Origin: Amoebophrya sp. A120
Lineage: Eukaryota > Protista > Dinoflagellata
Assembly: GCA_905178155.1 (NCBI GenBank)
Contig: CAJINV010000004.1
Coordinates: 3,885,555-3,949,554 of the forward strand
Length of the DNA: 64,000 bases
Direction: 5' to 3'
Shown: positions 1 to 11,203 of the stretch, in pieces
How the letters are laid out: every line of letters starts with the position of its first letter
Numbering within the stretch: the stretch's first letter is position 1
Translations under genes and position numbers: made by a program
The notes under the pieces: generated by a model
Seen by the model: only the letters and a program-made list of their open reading frames with translations
What the model was told of the DNA's origin: nothing
Database searches by the model: none

Positions 1-262
1 TATCAAATGTAAAAATGTCTGGGTCTGGAAGAATGCAAGATTTGTGATGCAGGTTTTCCATGACCCATGGGGTCTGGAATGCGAGACCCAGCATGACAGA
101 ATCTTTGAGGTCTCTATCATGCCTTTCCTGCATGAGAAACTCCCTCTCAACTTGGTCAAAAGCGGACAGCTTTTGGCACTCACGCAACACAGATTTTTGC
201 ATCATTTAGATTTTGCATGACAAGTTCTAATCTTCCAGACCCAGACATTTTTGCAATCCATA
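1..262. mobile_element. Introner TIR element, family A
   Basis: TATCAAATGTAAAAATGTCTGGGTCTGGAAGA..TCTTCCAGACCCAGACATTTTTGCAATCCATA; left flank outside window. Confidence 0.85.
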
Positions 263-3236
263 CTATCCTCCAGCGCGCAAAGCTCATCCACTCGTATCGG
301 GGGCGGAGCTGCCAGTCCGGCGGGGGGCAGCGCCGTAAAAACTGCTGCGACAAGACCCGCGTTTACAACTGCGGACGAATATCGGGCGATATTCCGCGAC
401 TTTTATCCCACGCGCGGGCGCTGCGTGGGCAACTACGCGATTGCCAGTGATTTTTGGCAGGAGGCGTCGGAGGCAAGTTGTGCGAAGAGCTGCCACGACG
501 AAGAATTGTGCTACGGATACGAGGCGGTGGTCAGCGGGGGGGCATGGCAGGTGAACAGAGATGACAAGAAAATGAACAACGGGGGCATTGAAGGAGAAGA
601 TGATAAAAATGCTGACGAACAGAAAAATCCACGACGGCCGTTGGAGCAGAAGCAGATCGTTCTTTGCAGGTTTATTCAGCACGCGGCAGAGGTGAAAACG
701 ACCTGGCTTCACAAAGACAAGAAAGACCAGGAAATAAATGCGGATCGAAGCAACAGCGCGTCCAACTTGTTTTGCGGGGTCAAGAAGAAGTGGTACCAAA
801 AGGAACTGGAGCTCCAGAGGGAAATCGAGAAGGTGGAAGCGATGAAGAAAACGGGATCGACCACAGAAGTAGATGCTCTTCCCAAGAAGCCGGAGGAGAC
901 ACAACAGGAGCCGGAGGCACCGCCAGGAGACGCGCAGCAGCCACAGGCACCGCCAGGAGAGGCGCAGCAGCAGCAGCAGCCAGAATTTCAGCAGCAAGAA
1001 ACGACCCACCAGGTCCAGGCACCGCCATCGATAGCGGCTGGTCCTGACGTTGAAGAAAAATATTTTTCTCACGCGAGCACCACGACTTCCAAGAACGAGG
1101 ACAAGAACTCGGCCCAGCAACAAGATGGCTCGCAAAGTAACCCTCTGACGCTGACCAACCTCGAGCTCTCTCCCGAGGAGTGCTTGTTTCATTTTGGCAT
1201 CTGGGAGCCGGTGTACACCATTCCGGTGCACAAGCTGTCGGGGACGAAAGTCTGCACCGAGGACTTTCAGGAGAGACTGGGTGGCGATATTGAAGCCTTA
1301 CCACAAGCGAAATCCGCCGAGGAGTGCCGGCTGTTTTGTCAAGACCAAGTCGCGCTCTGCGACGCCTGGAGCTACAACACGGCGCCTTATTTTGGGACGA
1401 TGCAGAGGCCGAGCTGCTACGCGAAATTTTCCGGAATGATCGAGGGCGACCCGGCTCCATTGGAGAACGTGACCGGGGGCACGTGCCGTACGCCGTTGAC
1501 GACAGAGCTGAAGGGGGCGTGTTGTCGAGGGCAAGCCTTGCAAAAGTTGAAGTGGTCTGGTGCAGCTACGGGGCAGTTGGCGGGCACTTCTGAAATGAAT
1601 GCTGGTCTTCAGGAGCAACAAGTTCCGGGTCCGCCCACCCGTCAGATTGTCGTCTCGCCGTTGGCGCCGGAACACGACGGGACCACCTCGTCGTTGGTGG
1701 CGCACCACCGCGCGTGCGGCGACCGGGGCTGGCAGGTCGGAGAAAAGGAAGACGCCCTCGTGCCGGCGATTTCTTGGTCGTTTCACGCCAAGGCAAGCAC
1801 GGAACTGGTCCGTTTAACCAGCTCGTCTACGGTCCGTTTGCCGGACAAGAAGGAAGAACCCTGCTCCAACTCCGCATCACCGGGCTGAAAGACGGTCACA
1901 AATTCCTGCGGCTGAATATGGCGTTCTCAACTGTTACATTCTCAGCTGTTGCATAAAGTTGTGATGCAAGAATTGGAAAAGTGAAAGCGGGAAGGTTGCG
2001 CCTGTAGCATTACAAATTGCGCACAGATTTAGGCGCGGTTTAGCCCACCTTCGCAAATTTGTCATGCGAAGCAGCTTGATCGTGAGAAAGAGAATGATGA
2101 TGGTGCTTTTGCATGACAATGTAACATTTGAGAATTCCATACTGAAGTGGCGGTACTGGGCACTCATGAGTTGGGATTCCAACTACGATAACGACTTGAG
2201 ACCGGAGGAGGGTTTTGTCCGGGTGGACGGGACGGAGATCTGGCGGAAGGCCCGTCTTAGCAAAAACGTTCACGACCCAGACGCCCTGTACCATTGCGGC
2301 GCGGGAGGCTGGGCGTTTGCCCGGCTAGAAGATTTGAGCCCAGAGTTTCCGTACCACGGCCGGTTTGACGCGCCGGGGTTCGACGAGGGAAGGCCCTGGG
2401 CCTCCTGCTACATCGACGTCGACCACACGATGGCACACGGACGACCAGACCTTCTGATCGAGGTCGGTGCCACGATCGACCAGGAGGCAATTGATGAGTC
2501 TTTCGCATTCAGCAATTTCGAACTCTTTCAAGGAGATAGCATCTCAACATCTCCGGGGGAGCTGCTGTTCTGCGATAACGAAAAAGTAGTAGTAGATGCA
2601 GCGACTCATACTCTTCCCGGTGGAACCACGACTGCGGCCACAGGTGGAGGACAAAGTGCGACAAATCAAAATCTTCAGAAGGAAATAAACACCGACCAAA
2701 CGACCAACACCGCCTCGCTCTTTGCCTCCCCCGCGGCCGCCCAAGCCGCCTACGCTAGCTGCACCAGCCGCGTCTTTACGCCGCTATGGCACTACTCTCT
2801 TGGAGAGGAAGGAAAATCGCTGCTCCGTTGGCAGCCCTGCGAATCGTTTACGGAGGAGGGGGAAAAGCTGTGCTCCGTCGGGGCGCAGGGGCAGTTCGAG
2901 AGGTTTTTGGAAGAGTTCCCGCAGTCGAAAGTACAGGATCGGGCCGTGCGGTTTACCCCGTCGCAGAAAGTTCCAGTAGAGGATGGTGGAGGTGATGCGG
3001 CTGCTGTGACCGCGGACACTGAAGATGATGAAGATGCCAGTGTTGCCATGAATGACAGTCCAAGTGGAGGAGGTGCACCAGCTGGAGGTTCGGAGTACAA
3101 GTATGTTCCTGCGGCGGAAATGTACACTTTAGATTCGAACCAGGTTTTTTCAATTCCGAGCAACAGCCCGGTGCTGACGCAGGGGGAAATGGAACACGAA
3201 TGGATGCATAAAGTACGTGCGAATGAAGATCCGTAA
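263..3236 (+). CDS. PAN/Apple-domain protein (5' end outside window; 3' end uncertain)
   Basis: ORF 251-1888 has Apple-type Cys spacing (C..GGDI..SAEECRLFCQ..CDAWSY..CYAK..GTC). It joins ORF 2064-3236 via a putative 29-nt GC-AG intron (1793-1821) and the TIR element 1917-2141 (FLRL|KWRYW). A possible GT donor lies at ~3213. Confidence 0.7.
1917..2141. mobile_element. Introner TIR element, family B
   Basis: TATGGCGTTCTCAACTGTTACATT TIR; TSD CTGAA. Confidence 0.9.
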
Positions 3237-4108
3237 GCCGGATTAGTGCGAAGAGATTTTTTCACTGCGTTGTAATTTTTCGAAGCCAGTACTAGTACGC
3301 CATGATACATACACTTTTTTATTTCGATTTTTTTATTTTTTGTTTCCCACCAAAAAATGTGTATACTTCGCGAATGGCTACGGCCCCCTCCACCCAGCCC
3401 ACGCGACGTATCTATTTCAGAAATATGCGACAATACTAGCAACCAAGACCGCCTCTTCATGTTATTCTTGTATTTGCTTCTTTAACTTCCTTGAACTTGT
3501 TCAAGGTAGGCGAATAAACTTTCAAATTTATCCACCACGAAGTTGTATGGCCCACATATTGCCTATGGGTGCAATCACTTGTTTCCAATGTGTGCAGCTG
3601 AGGACAAACAGTAACGGGGACTAGTTCTCATGGATTCAAGCAGCGCACGCCCGTTCTTGCGTTGTCGTTGTTGTGCATGCCATCCATGACATCACAGTCA
3701 GAAAGGGGTACTACATCGTGTAGAACTACTGTCGTGACATCTACTGCAAACAGCCTCAAATCTTGTCGTGCACATAGTTCCACTGTCGTTGTCGTGGTCA
3801 GTCACGGCCCTGACAGTCCGAAGATAATCACGTTCGTGTACAGGTCGTCGTCGTTGTACAACATGTGAATCGTTTGACTTGATGTTGTGTCGTTGACTCA
3901 CTTGCTTAGCAAACCCAAACTGCTCAACTTGAATCTTCTCACATCAGGAGGTCCGTTATTTTGATACCGCCCTCTTTTTTCACTTATGTACAATCTTAAG
4001 TGGTTTTGTCATACAGTCGAATTTGTTTGCTAGTACTACCTAGGATAATTTGTTGCTTTGGGTGGATTTGGCTTAGTGTTGCCCCACCAAGAATCACGAA
4101 GGAACAAG

Positions 4109-7030
4109 ATGGAACCGCTCGAGGCGCTCGGGGAGATACGGGAGATAAAGGACCTCGGAACGTATGTGTGGGAACCGGAGAATGCTGTTGGGGCCGAAAT
4201 CACCTCGGAGAATTTACGCCGTTGCGTGTACATGAATCCCATAGGCGACGGTGTTGGCGACCGGGTGCGCAACCTGTGGGGGCGGGACTTCGAGGGCCGG
4301 GTTCGGCGCCACGACCCTCCGCTCCAGACTTTTCCACAGCTCCCGAACGATTACAAAAGAACAGAGTTTCCGTTTACGTGCCCACGGGTGATTCCTTTGT
4401 ATGTCGCCGAGAAGCGCGGCGTGGATTTGGCAACCATTGACTTTATGCTTGGCGGGAGCTTTTTCCATGCATGTTTGCCTGGCGGAGCACTTACCGGCGC
4501 GCTGTCAGGGGGACACAAGCGAGACCTTCACACTTACATTGTGGAAAATTGCAAGCAGGTCCTGGTCATCAACAAGAAAGAACGCGAAACAGAGTCGCCA
4601 CAGCTGGAAAACCGGATCTTCCCACAGTATCAATTCAAGCGTTGGGTCTGCGGTCATGAAATGGACTCCGAACACCCGAACTTCATCATGGAACACCTGC
4701 GACTGGCGAAGATCGGAAAGTTCCGAGTGCTTTTGTGTGCAAGTGTCGATGCGTTGCACTCATGTACCGCTCCCGGCAAAAACGGCGAGGTTAAAGTTTG
4801 CCAGGACGTGCGCTGCCGAAAGGATCCCGAGTGTGGCCGTCCCGTGAAGATCCGCATGAGGCATCTCGAACGAAACACAGTCGCTGAGCTGCTTTTTCAA
4901 ATGTTTTCCACTGGAGCGGCATACATGATTCACGCGCAGACGGCCTACAATAAGGGTAAGGGCAAGGGCAAAGGACGGACTGCGCCAGTGATCGCCGCCT
5001 CTTCAAGATTGCGCCCGCGGACGATGTTTCAACGGTTTCAATTTGACGATGGAAAGCCTACCCGGTTCGGCCAGAAAATAACAGGAAACGAGCAAGAACG
5101 GGATGCCATCCAGGCCGCTCAGCTGTCTTTGGAAGTGCAGCTACGCCACGCCATGCGGTACGCCAATTCGGTTCTCAGTCAGCTTAAAATGGCAAACTTG
5201 GAGGAGAACATGACGTACCAGATATGTTGCAGCAGCATCGACCGTGCTACATTCGCAGAGGACGTTGGCAACATCGATGACAGTCCCGCACGGGACGACC
5301 TCATCGAGCCGACAGTTCGACTCCGCCCTATCCAGATTTCGCCCCCCTTGCTGCCACCCGCGGCGGTCGTGGATGATTTGTTCACCTTGGAAGAGACGTT
5401 CGAGCGACTCTGGCCGAGAATTCGCTCGTTACGTCTGTCCTTCCCGTTAAACGACTTTCCGAGTATCAAGGATTTTGTGAAGCGGTGCATGCAAAACTGG
5501 GAGAACTCTAGCTCGGGAAGGGGACGACTGCATGCGCGGCCTGGGCGCCAGCTTCACGGAGAGGCGTTCGCTGCGATCGCGGACGAACTCCGGTCGTGCT
5601 CTTCGTTTGTCGAAGATCATGAGGCCGTGGACGAAGTAGACCAGGATCATGCAAGAATTAAAAACCGGATGGAGCATTATGCAGTAGATGAAAATGCTCA
5701 TTTGTGGCGGGAACGGGACAGCGGCGTATCAAGTCAAGCGGGCGAGACAACGGCGTATTCCGACTGTCGCAGTGCCGTCACACACGAGACGGCGTCTTCT
5801 CTGGCGATCAACGAAGAATCGCGGGTTCGCTTGGAAAAGATTCGTTTGTTGATGGACAGCATTCCGAAAGTCCGCCGAATGTCCAAGACGTGGCTGTATT
5901 GGCGTCTGATCCAGCAGTACGATGCGCACTACAAAGATTGGAAGGCGCGCTTACCACCTCCCCTCGACGACCTGCGGGTGGCGAACGAAAAAAACGATTT
6001 CCAATTTTGGGACGACTTCCTGGGCCTGCTTCATTTTTCACACAATCAAATGAAGCACTTAGGGGACGAGATCCGACACCGGCCCTCGGAAGTGGAGCGC
6101 GCCGCGGAGACGTACTTGGCAGAACAGGTGGCGCACCGCGAAGTTGCAGAGCTCGAAATGCGCTCGAAGGGGTACACCGCCGCGCTGATGCAAGTTCTGC
6201 TCGACAAATTCCCGGCGCTGCCCCACCACGTCGCGGCCGTGCGATCGGAAGCGCACCAGTGGACAAAGGCCGGGCCCGAGGCCACTGAACTTCTTGCGCT
6301 AGGCGACAAAAGGGATTATACCGAGGGTCGTGGCGCGCTGGGCCACGCGGTCGTTGAAAGTTTTGCGTGGGCTATTACGTCTAGTAGTGCCGACGGGGGG
6401 AAGAAGATGTTGCCGCCTTCTGAACAAGAACGACAAGGAGTGCGCCAAATACTGAGCAAAGCGAGAGAACTAGTGGCGGAGGTTCCTGTTCACAACTTCA
6501 CGCAGTGGAGAGGCCTGGACGGGAAGGATGCGTTGGAACGGGCCGAGGAGTTTATTGAGGCACAGCTATCGGCCGCAGAGGCCGTGTCGTCGACCTGGCC
6601 GTCGTCTGAATGGATGGCGTGTGTGTATGAGCCGCTGGCGGATTCCGTTCCGTCGACGGTACTGCGACCCCCTGGACCCTTGCACCGGGCGGTGGCGGCC
6701 TGCGATTTGGAGGGCGTCCGAAAGCTGCTTCAGGCAGGCGTTCTGGACAAGTGGCAAGCTAAGGGAACAGAACAAACCGCGGGAGAGCTCGCTATGGCCA
6801 ACTGGCTGCATAGCAATACAGAGCACGCCGAAGGGGCAGTCATGTATGAAATCTCGCGTGCGCTAAACGGCCCCGGTAAAAATTTCTCTAGCGACGAAGA
6901 AGAGTTCTACGATGTCGCTTCCCCTTCACCTTCACATTTTGTGGACCCGTTGTCGAGCGGAGGCGTATTTGTGCTTTCAGCCACAACCAGCGATGATGCT
7001 GAAAAGACTGTAAATCCGTCTCTACTCTAG
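4109..7030 (+). CDS. Intronless DXO/Rai1-like (degenerate) + KEN/HEPN-like + ankyrin-repeat protein, paralogue 1
   Basis: Long ORF, first ATG at 4109. Motifs IDFMLGGS, YQFKRW, LLCASVDA, VKIR, LFQMFSTG (DXO order); DWKARL..GLLHFSHNQMKH..DKFPAL (KEN-like); GPLHRAV..VRKLLQAG (ankyrin). Confidence 0.75.
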   Translation: MEPLEALGEIREIKDLGTYVWEPENAVGAEITSENLRRCVYMNPIGDGVGDRVRNLWGRDFEGRVRRHDPPLQTFPQLPNDYKRTEFPFTCPRVIPLYVAEKRGVDLATIDFMLGGSFFHACLPGGALTGALSGGHKRDLHTYIVENCKQVLVINKKERETESPQLENRIFPQYQFKRWVCGHEMDSEHPNFIMEHLRLAKIGKFRVLLCASVDALHSCTAPGKNGEVKVCQDVRCRKDPECGRPVKIRMRHLERNTVAELLFQMFSTGAAYMIHAQTAYNKGKGKGKGRTAPVIAASSRLRPRTMFQRFQFDDGKPTRFGQKITGNEQERDAIQAAQLSLEVQLRHAMRYANSVLSQLKMANLEENMTYQICCSSIDRATFAEDVGNIDDSPARDDLIEPTVRLRPIQISPPLLPPAAVVDDLFTLEETFERLWPRIRSLRLSFPLNDFPSIKDFVKRCMQNWENSSSGRGRLHARPGRQLHGEAFAAIADELRSCSSFVEDHEAVDEVDQDHARIKNRMEHYAVDENAHLWRERDSGVSSQAGETTAYSDCRSAVTHETASSLAINEESRVRLEKIRLLMDSIPKVRRMSKTWLYWRLIQQYDAHYKDWKARLPPPLDDLRVANEKNDFQFWDDFLGLLHFSHNQMKHLGDEIRHRPSEVERAAETYLAEQVAHREVAELEMRSKGYTAALMQVLLDKFPALPHHVAAVRSEAHQWTKAGPEATELLALGDKRDYTEGRGALGHAVVESFAWAITSSSADGGKKMLPPSEQERQGVRQILSKARELVAEVPVHNFTQWRGLDGKDALERAEEFIEAQLSAAEAVSSTWPSSEWMACVYEPLADSVPSTVLRPPGPLHRAVAACDLEGVRKLLQAGVLDKWQAKGTEQTAGELAMANWLHSNTEHAEGAVMYEISRALNGPGKNFSSDEEEFYDVASPSPSHFVDPLSSGGVFVLSATTSDDAEKTVNPSLL

Positions 7031-8002
7031 ATGATCATGATGTTGAACCGTAATAAAAACGAACATGCCAGCGCCAGCCTGGTGCTGAGAAAGAATTCCT
7101 TCGCCTTTTCTAGAATCTCTTCGCCGGTCCAGTGGACACGGTTGATTCTGCCGAAAAAACCTTAGCCTTTCGAGCCCACGTCATTCTACAACCGTGGAGA
7201 GTTGTGATTCTTGACATGGAGACACGAGATACTTTAGTAGTTTTGCGGCAAGATCTGCACACCAGGCGCGAAGCCCAAGGAGCTTGTCACGGACAAGCCT
7301 CGTTCTGTAGTGTTCATCTTGTGGTGGTCTGCGGCCAAAGAAATGATCTGGTGATTCCGAACCGTCGTTGTTTTTTACTTTAGTATCTTCTTGCTCACCT
7401 GGAGCTAAAATAACCCTGCATCAGGGTATTCCGATCAAAAAATATTTCTGAAAATAAGAAGATCGACATGATTGAAGAGACGATTTGTTTCGTGATCGTG
7501 TTCGTGATGCAGGACAAATACCATTCTTCTTTGCATTTTCTTGTGAGCTCAATTAAAAACAAGAAGAACATACAAGAAAATGGATGAGATGGAGATCACA
7601 GCCAATGCCTAGGATCTCAGGAATGTGTGTGATCTCTCCAGAAGTTGTCCGAGTCTAACCGCAACTGAGCTCCTGTTGATACACTTGCCGATAATATCAT
7701 GATGATGGCGACCGAGAACCTGTTGAAGCACATACCCAAAAAATGGGCGATCGAAGTTGCTTCTATCAATCTTCAGAAAAGAACAAGAGCGACCATGGTA
7801 CGATTTGAATCAACACGCACATTCAATTTTCATGATACAGGGGGGTCGGGAGCGCAGTGCCAATCCATACGACCTGGGGGGAGACCGAGAGCGCGTTATT
7901 GGTAGCTACAACACGCACGTAGCTGTAGCTAAGATTTTAGATAGCATCCTCAGAAACTTATCGAGTTGTGATAGCCATAGCTCTAGTACTAGTTCGAATA
8001 AA

Positions 8003-11000
8003 ATGGGACCGTCCGCATGGAACTACTCGTCGTCGTCGTCGTCGTCGGCGCGTGTCAGTAGCAGTACTGGCTCCTGGCGCCAAGCTGATCGCGGTCAAGC
8101 GTCGTCGGTTGTCAGGACTGCTGGCTCGTCCTGGCGCCAACGCGGCGACGGCGATCGCAGTCGCCTTCGGGGTGCGGGTCAGATGCAGCGCCTTGGCAAG
8201 CAGGTAGTCGAAATAGTCCAGGACCTTGGCGCCTTCGTTTGGAATCCGGCTCTCGCCGATGGCACAGAGGTTACGGCGGAAAATCTACGACGCTGCGTCG
8301 ACATGAAGCCCAGCGCAAGTGGTGCCGGCGACCGAGTCCGGGACCTGCAAGAAATGCAGGATGAAATACTAGGGCTGGTGGGGGGAGCAGGAACTTCAGC
8401 CGTAGCCGCCCTGGAAGATGCCCCTCCGGAAGCTTCGCCGTCATCGGGGTGTAGTAAAGATGCGGAAGCCCCCTCGCCCTTTCGGTTCAAAGCTACTAGA
8501 GGAGGGAAGGGGTCGAAAGTCAGCTTCATCAAAGGATTATCGGCCGACCTAAAGCGGGTCGACTTTCCCTACCATTGCCCAAGAGTTGTGCCTTTGTACG
8601 TAGCCTACAAGCTAGGAGTGGACTTGACGAAAATCGACTTTCTCGTCGGTGGAAGTTTTCTCCAGGCGTGTGCGGATGAGAGTGGGTTTGTCGACGGTGC
8701 TCGGGAATGGTACGTTGCGGAAAACTGCAAGGGCATCATTGTCGTGAACAAGAAGAATTCAGATGAGCGTTCAGAAACGCTGGAAAACCGAGCGAACAAC
8801 CACTCGTATCAGTTCAAGCGCTGGGCTTGCGGACGGCAAATGAGCGACAAGCATCCCGACGCGATCATGGAAAGCCTTCGAATTGTGCGCATCGGGCCGT
8901 TTACCGTGCTCGTGAGTGCCAGTGTAGATGCGCTACATTCCTGTGCCAAGTGTGCTGCGGAACCGTGCGCAGGCTCGGCCACGGAGTCTACTCGCCTACA
9001 GCTGCCGGGATCATCGTGCGATAACATGGATTGTGGGGCACCAGTGAAGATTCGCATGCGGGAGCTCGGTCCCGGCACCGTTGTCGAGGTGCTTCTGCAG
9101 ATGCTGTCCACCGGGGCCCGCTACCTATTCAATGGGAAAAAAGTATGCGGACGTCTGGTGAAAGTGGAACGATGGTCGTTTGAAGAGCTGGCAAGGGAAT
9201 GTGGAAATATCTACGCCGTCGGAAACAACGGCTCCACTGCTAAACTTGAAAAGGTGTTCGATAGTGCATCCCGCAGGGCTCGAGCGATATTGCAGCAGCT
9301 CAAGGAAGCTGCGCTGGAGGAGAAACATACCTATTCGATCACAACTTCGCCTAAAAAGACACCGGAAGAAGATGAGCCCGCACATCAAAATTCGTTAGCG
9401 CTGGTCCCTGCGTCCTCTATTTGTCCAAAAAAGCAAGTTGCCGTGGAAATTAAACCGATGGAGATCTTTCAGCCACTGTTGCCACCTCCGAGTGTGTGCC
9501 AAGAATTATTTGTGCTCGAGGGCGCGCTGGCCATTGTGGAATCGAAAGTGCGAACTTTGTCTCGGATGTTCGACCTGTCGACGTTTGGTAACATCAATCA
9601 GTTTATGATGCAGTGCCTGCGCAATCTCGCTGGAGAAGGAGCGGCCACAGGCGGCAAGGCGATCAAGGACAAAGATCTCGCTGACGCCGTGGAGCATGAG
9701 TTGCAGTCTCTTCGCTCGTACAGGACTGCAGTATCGCAGCAAAAAGAGGCAGACGTCGACTTCATGAGCTGTACAAGTGGCGCGACTTTTGTCACCGGGC
9801 GCAGCGAGGAAACTTACATCACCAAATCTTCGTTGGCAATTCAGGAGCCATCACGGACGCGGCAAAAGCAGATTCGCGAACTGTTGAAGTCGATACCCGA
9901 CACGGACCAGATGGCGCGCGAGCGTTCGTGGCTGTACTCTTGTGTTGTGGGGCGGTACGAAAACCAATATCGCGGTTGGAAAGACAAACTGCCCGCTCCC
10001 ATCGACCGGCTGCTAAAAGCCAATGAGCCGCCCAGCGGGTTCGACGATGATCTTCTTGGGCTGCTCCATTTCGCACACAACCAAATCAAACATTTGGGGG
10101 CCTCGACGCCCAGATGGGATCCAGAGGAGGCGCCTGCTGACTTCGAGACGCGCCAGCGCATTGTGGCTGAAGCAGAAGCCTTTCTCGCTGACAAGGCGGG
10201 CCGGGAAATGGAGAGACAAAAGCAACGCACGAAGGGATTTCGCGCAGCGCTAACATCGGTGTTGCTGGATCAATTTCCGATGTTGTGGGACCACATCGAG
10301 CAGGTTCAGGCGGAGTGCAGAATGTGGAAGCACGCTGCGCAAGGCCGCGCCCTTGCGTTGCTTGGCGTCGAGGAAGCAGACGATTATCGGGGAGATGGTA
10401 GGCTCCGACGGTGCATTGAGGACCAGTTCGCCAACAATCCAGTACTGGTTTTGGAAGAGGTGACACAACTTCTGGAAGAAGCAAAGGCCTTGGGCCTTCC
10501 CGACGTGTTTCACTACATACAGTGGCGCGGAAAAGACGGCAAGGATGCTCTGCAAGTGGTCGAGGAGATGGTGGAAAAAGCTTCATTGCCCCACCTTAAC
10601 AAGAGTGCTCCTGACGAGGGTGAGTTGTACCCAACTCCGCGCCTGAAATCGCTTTATTGCATGTTGCATAGCGTCGTTCCCTCCACCGAACGCCGACCTG
10701 CCGGCCCGCTGCACCGAGCAGTCAGGAGCGAAAACGCCGAGCACGTGCGGGTCTTGTTGGACTGGGGCGTTGAAGACAAATGGAAGGACCGCGACTTTCC
10801 GAAACTCACTGCCGCGGAGGAAGCGAAAGAGCGTTGGCACCTGTTCCCGACAGATGAAAGCGCCAGGAAAGTCTGCCTTTTGCTGAACCCAGGCATAAAT
10901 TTGGATGCTTGCCGTGATTCCCCCGCGGGAGCCGGAGAAGATACAACTAGCGGCTTCCGGAGCATCACAAAAAACTCCTTTGCCTGGCGGTGCATGAACG

Positions 11001-11203
11001 AAAACGTGAATGCTGACGAGGACGAGGAGTGCGATTTCAAATCGCCACGATCGTCTCTACTCTCCGACGATTGCAGCATCTCGTCCGGGGCGTCTACCGT
11101 TGAAACAAATCCTGGCGTCAGCAGTGAAGAGAAAGAACAAGAAGACGTGGCGGAACTTCTATCTTCAGGCGACAAAAAAATATTCGCACGCCTGTCGGGA
11201 TAG
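8003..11203 (+). CDS. Intronless DXO/Rai1-like (degenerate) + KEN/HEPN-like + ankyrin-repeat protein, paralogue 2
   Basis: Colinear with 4109-7030 (ENLRRCV, CPRVVPLYVA, YQFKRW, ASVDALHSC, VKIRMR, LGLLHFAHNQIKHLG, QWRGKDGKDAL, GPLHRAV). Start could be 7832, 8003 or 8183. Confidence 0.75.
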   Translation: MGPSAWNYSSSSSSSARVSSSTGSWRQADRGQASSVVRTAGSSWRQRGDGDRSRLRGAGQMQRLGKQVVEIVQDLGAFVWNPALADGTEVTAENLRRCVDMKPSASGAGDRVRDLQEMQDEILGLVGGAGTSAVAALEDAPPEASPSSGCSKDAEAPSPFRFKATRGGKGSKVSFIKGLSADLKRVDFPYHCPRVVPLYVAYKLGVDLTKIDFLVGGSFLQACADESGFVDGAREWYVAENCKGIIVVNKKNSDERSETLENRANNHSYQFKRWACGRQMSDKHPDAIMESLRIVRIGPFTVLVSASVDALHSCAKCAAEPCAGSATESTRLQLPGSSCDNMDCGAPVKIRMRELGPGTVVEVLLQMLSTGARYLFNGKKVCGRLVKVERWSFEELARECGNIYAVGNNGSTAKLEKVFDSASRRARAILQQLKEAALEEKHTYSITTSPKKTPEEDEPAHQNSLALVPASSICPKKQVAVEIKPMEIFQPLLPPPSVCQELFVLEGALAIVESKVRTLSRMFDLSTFGNINQFMMQCLRNLAGEGAATGGKAIKDKDLADAVEHELQSLRSYRTAVSQQKEADVDFMSCTSGATFVTGRSEETYITKSSLAIQEPSRTRQKQIRELLKSIPDTDQMARERSWLYSCVVGRYENQYRGWKDKLPAPIDRLLKANEPPSGFDDDLLGLLHFAHNQIKHLGASTPRWDPEEAPADFETRQRIVAEAEAFLADKAGREMERQKQRTKGFRAALTSVLLDQFPMLWDHIEQVQAECRMWKHAAQGRALALLGVEEADDYRGDGRLRRCIEDQFANNPVLVLEEVTQLLEEAKALGLPDVFHYIQWRGKDGKDALQVVEEMVEKASLPHLNKSAPDEGELYPTPRLKSLYCMLHSVVPSTERRPAGPLHRAVRSENAEHVRVLLDWGVEDKWKDRDFPKLTAAEEAKERWHLFPTDESARKVCLLLNPGINLDACRDSPAGAGEDTTSGFRSITKNSFAWRCMNENVNADEDEECDFKSPRSSLLSDDCSISSGASTVETNPGVSSEEKEQEDVAELLSSGDKKIFARLSG

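Noticed and set aside
284-1460. Long minus-strand ORFs here and elsewhere (e.g. 29525-30148, 40846-41484)
   Set aside because: Antisense shadows of GC-rich + strand genes with no recognisable motifs.
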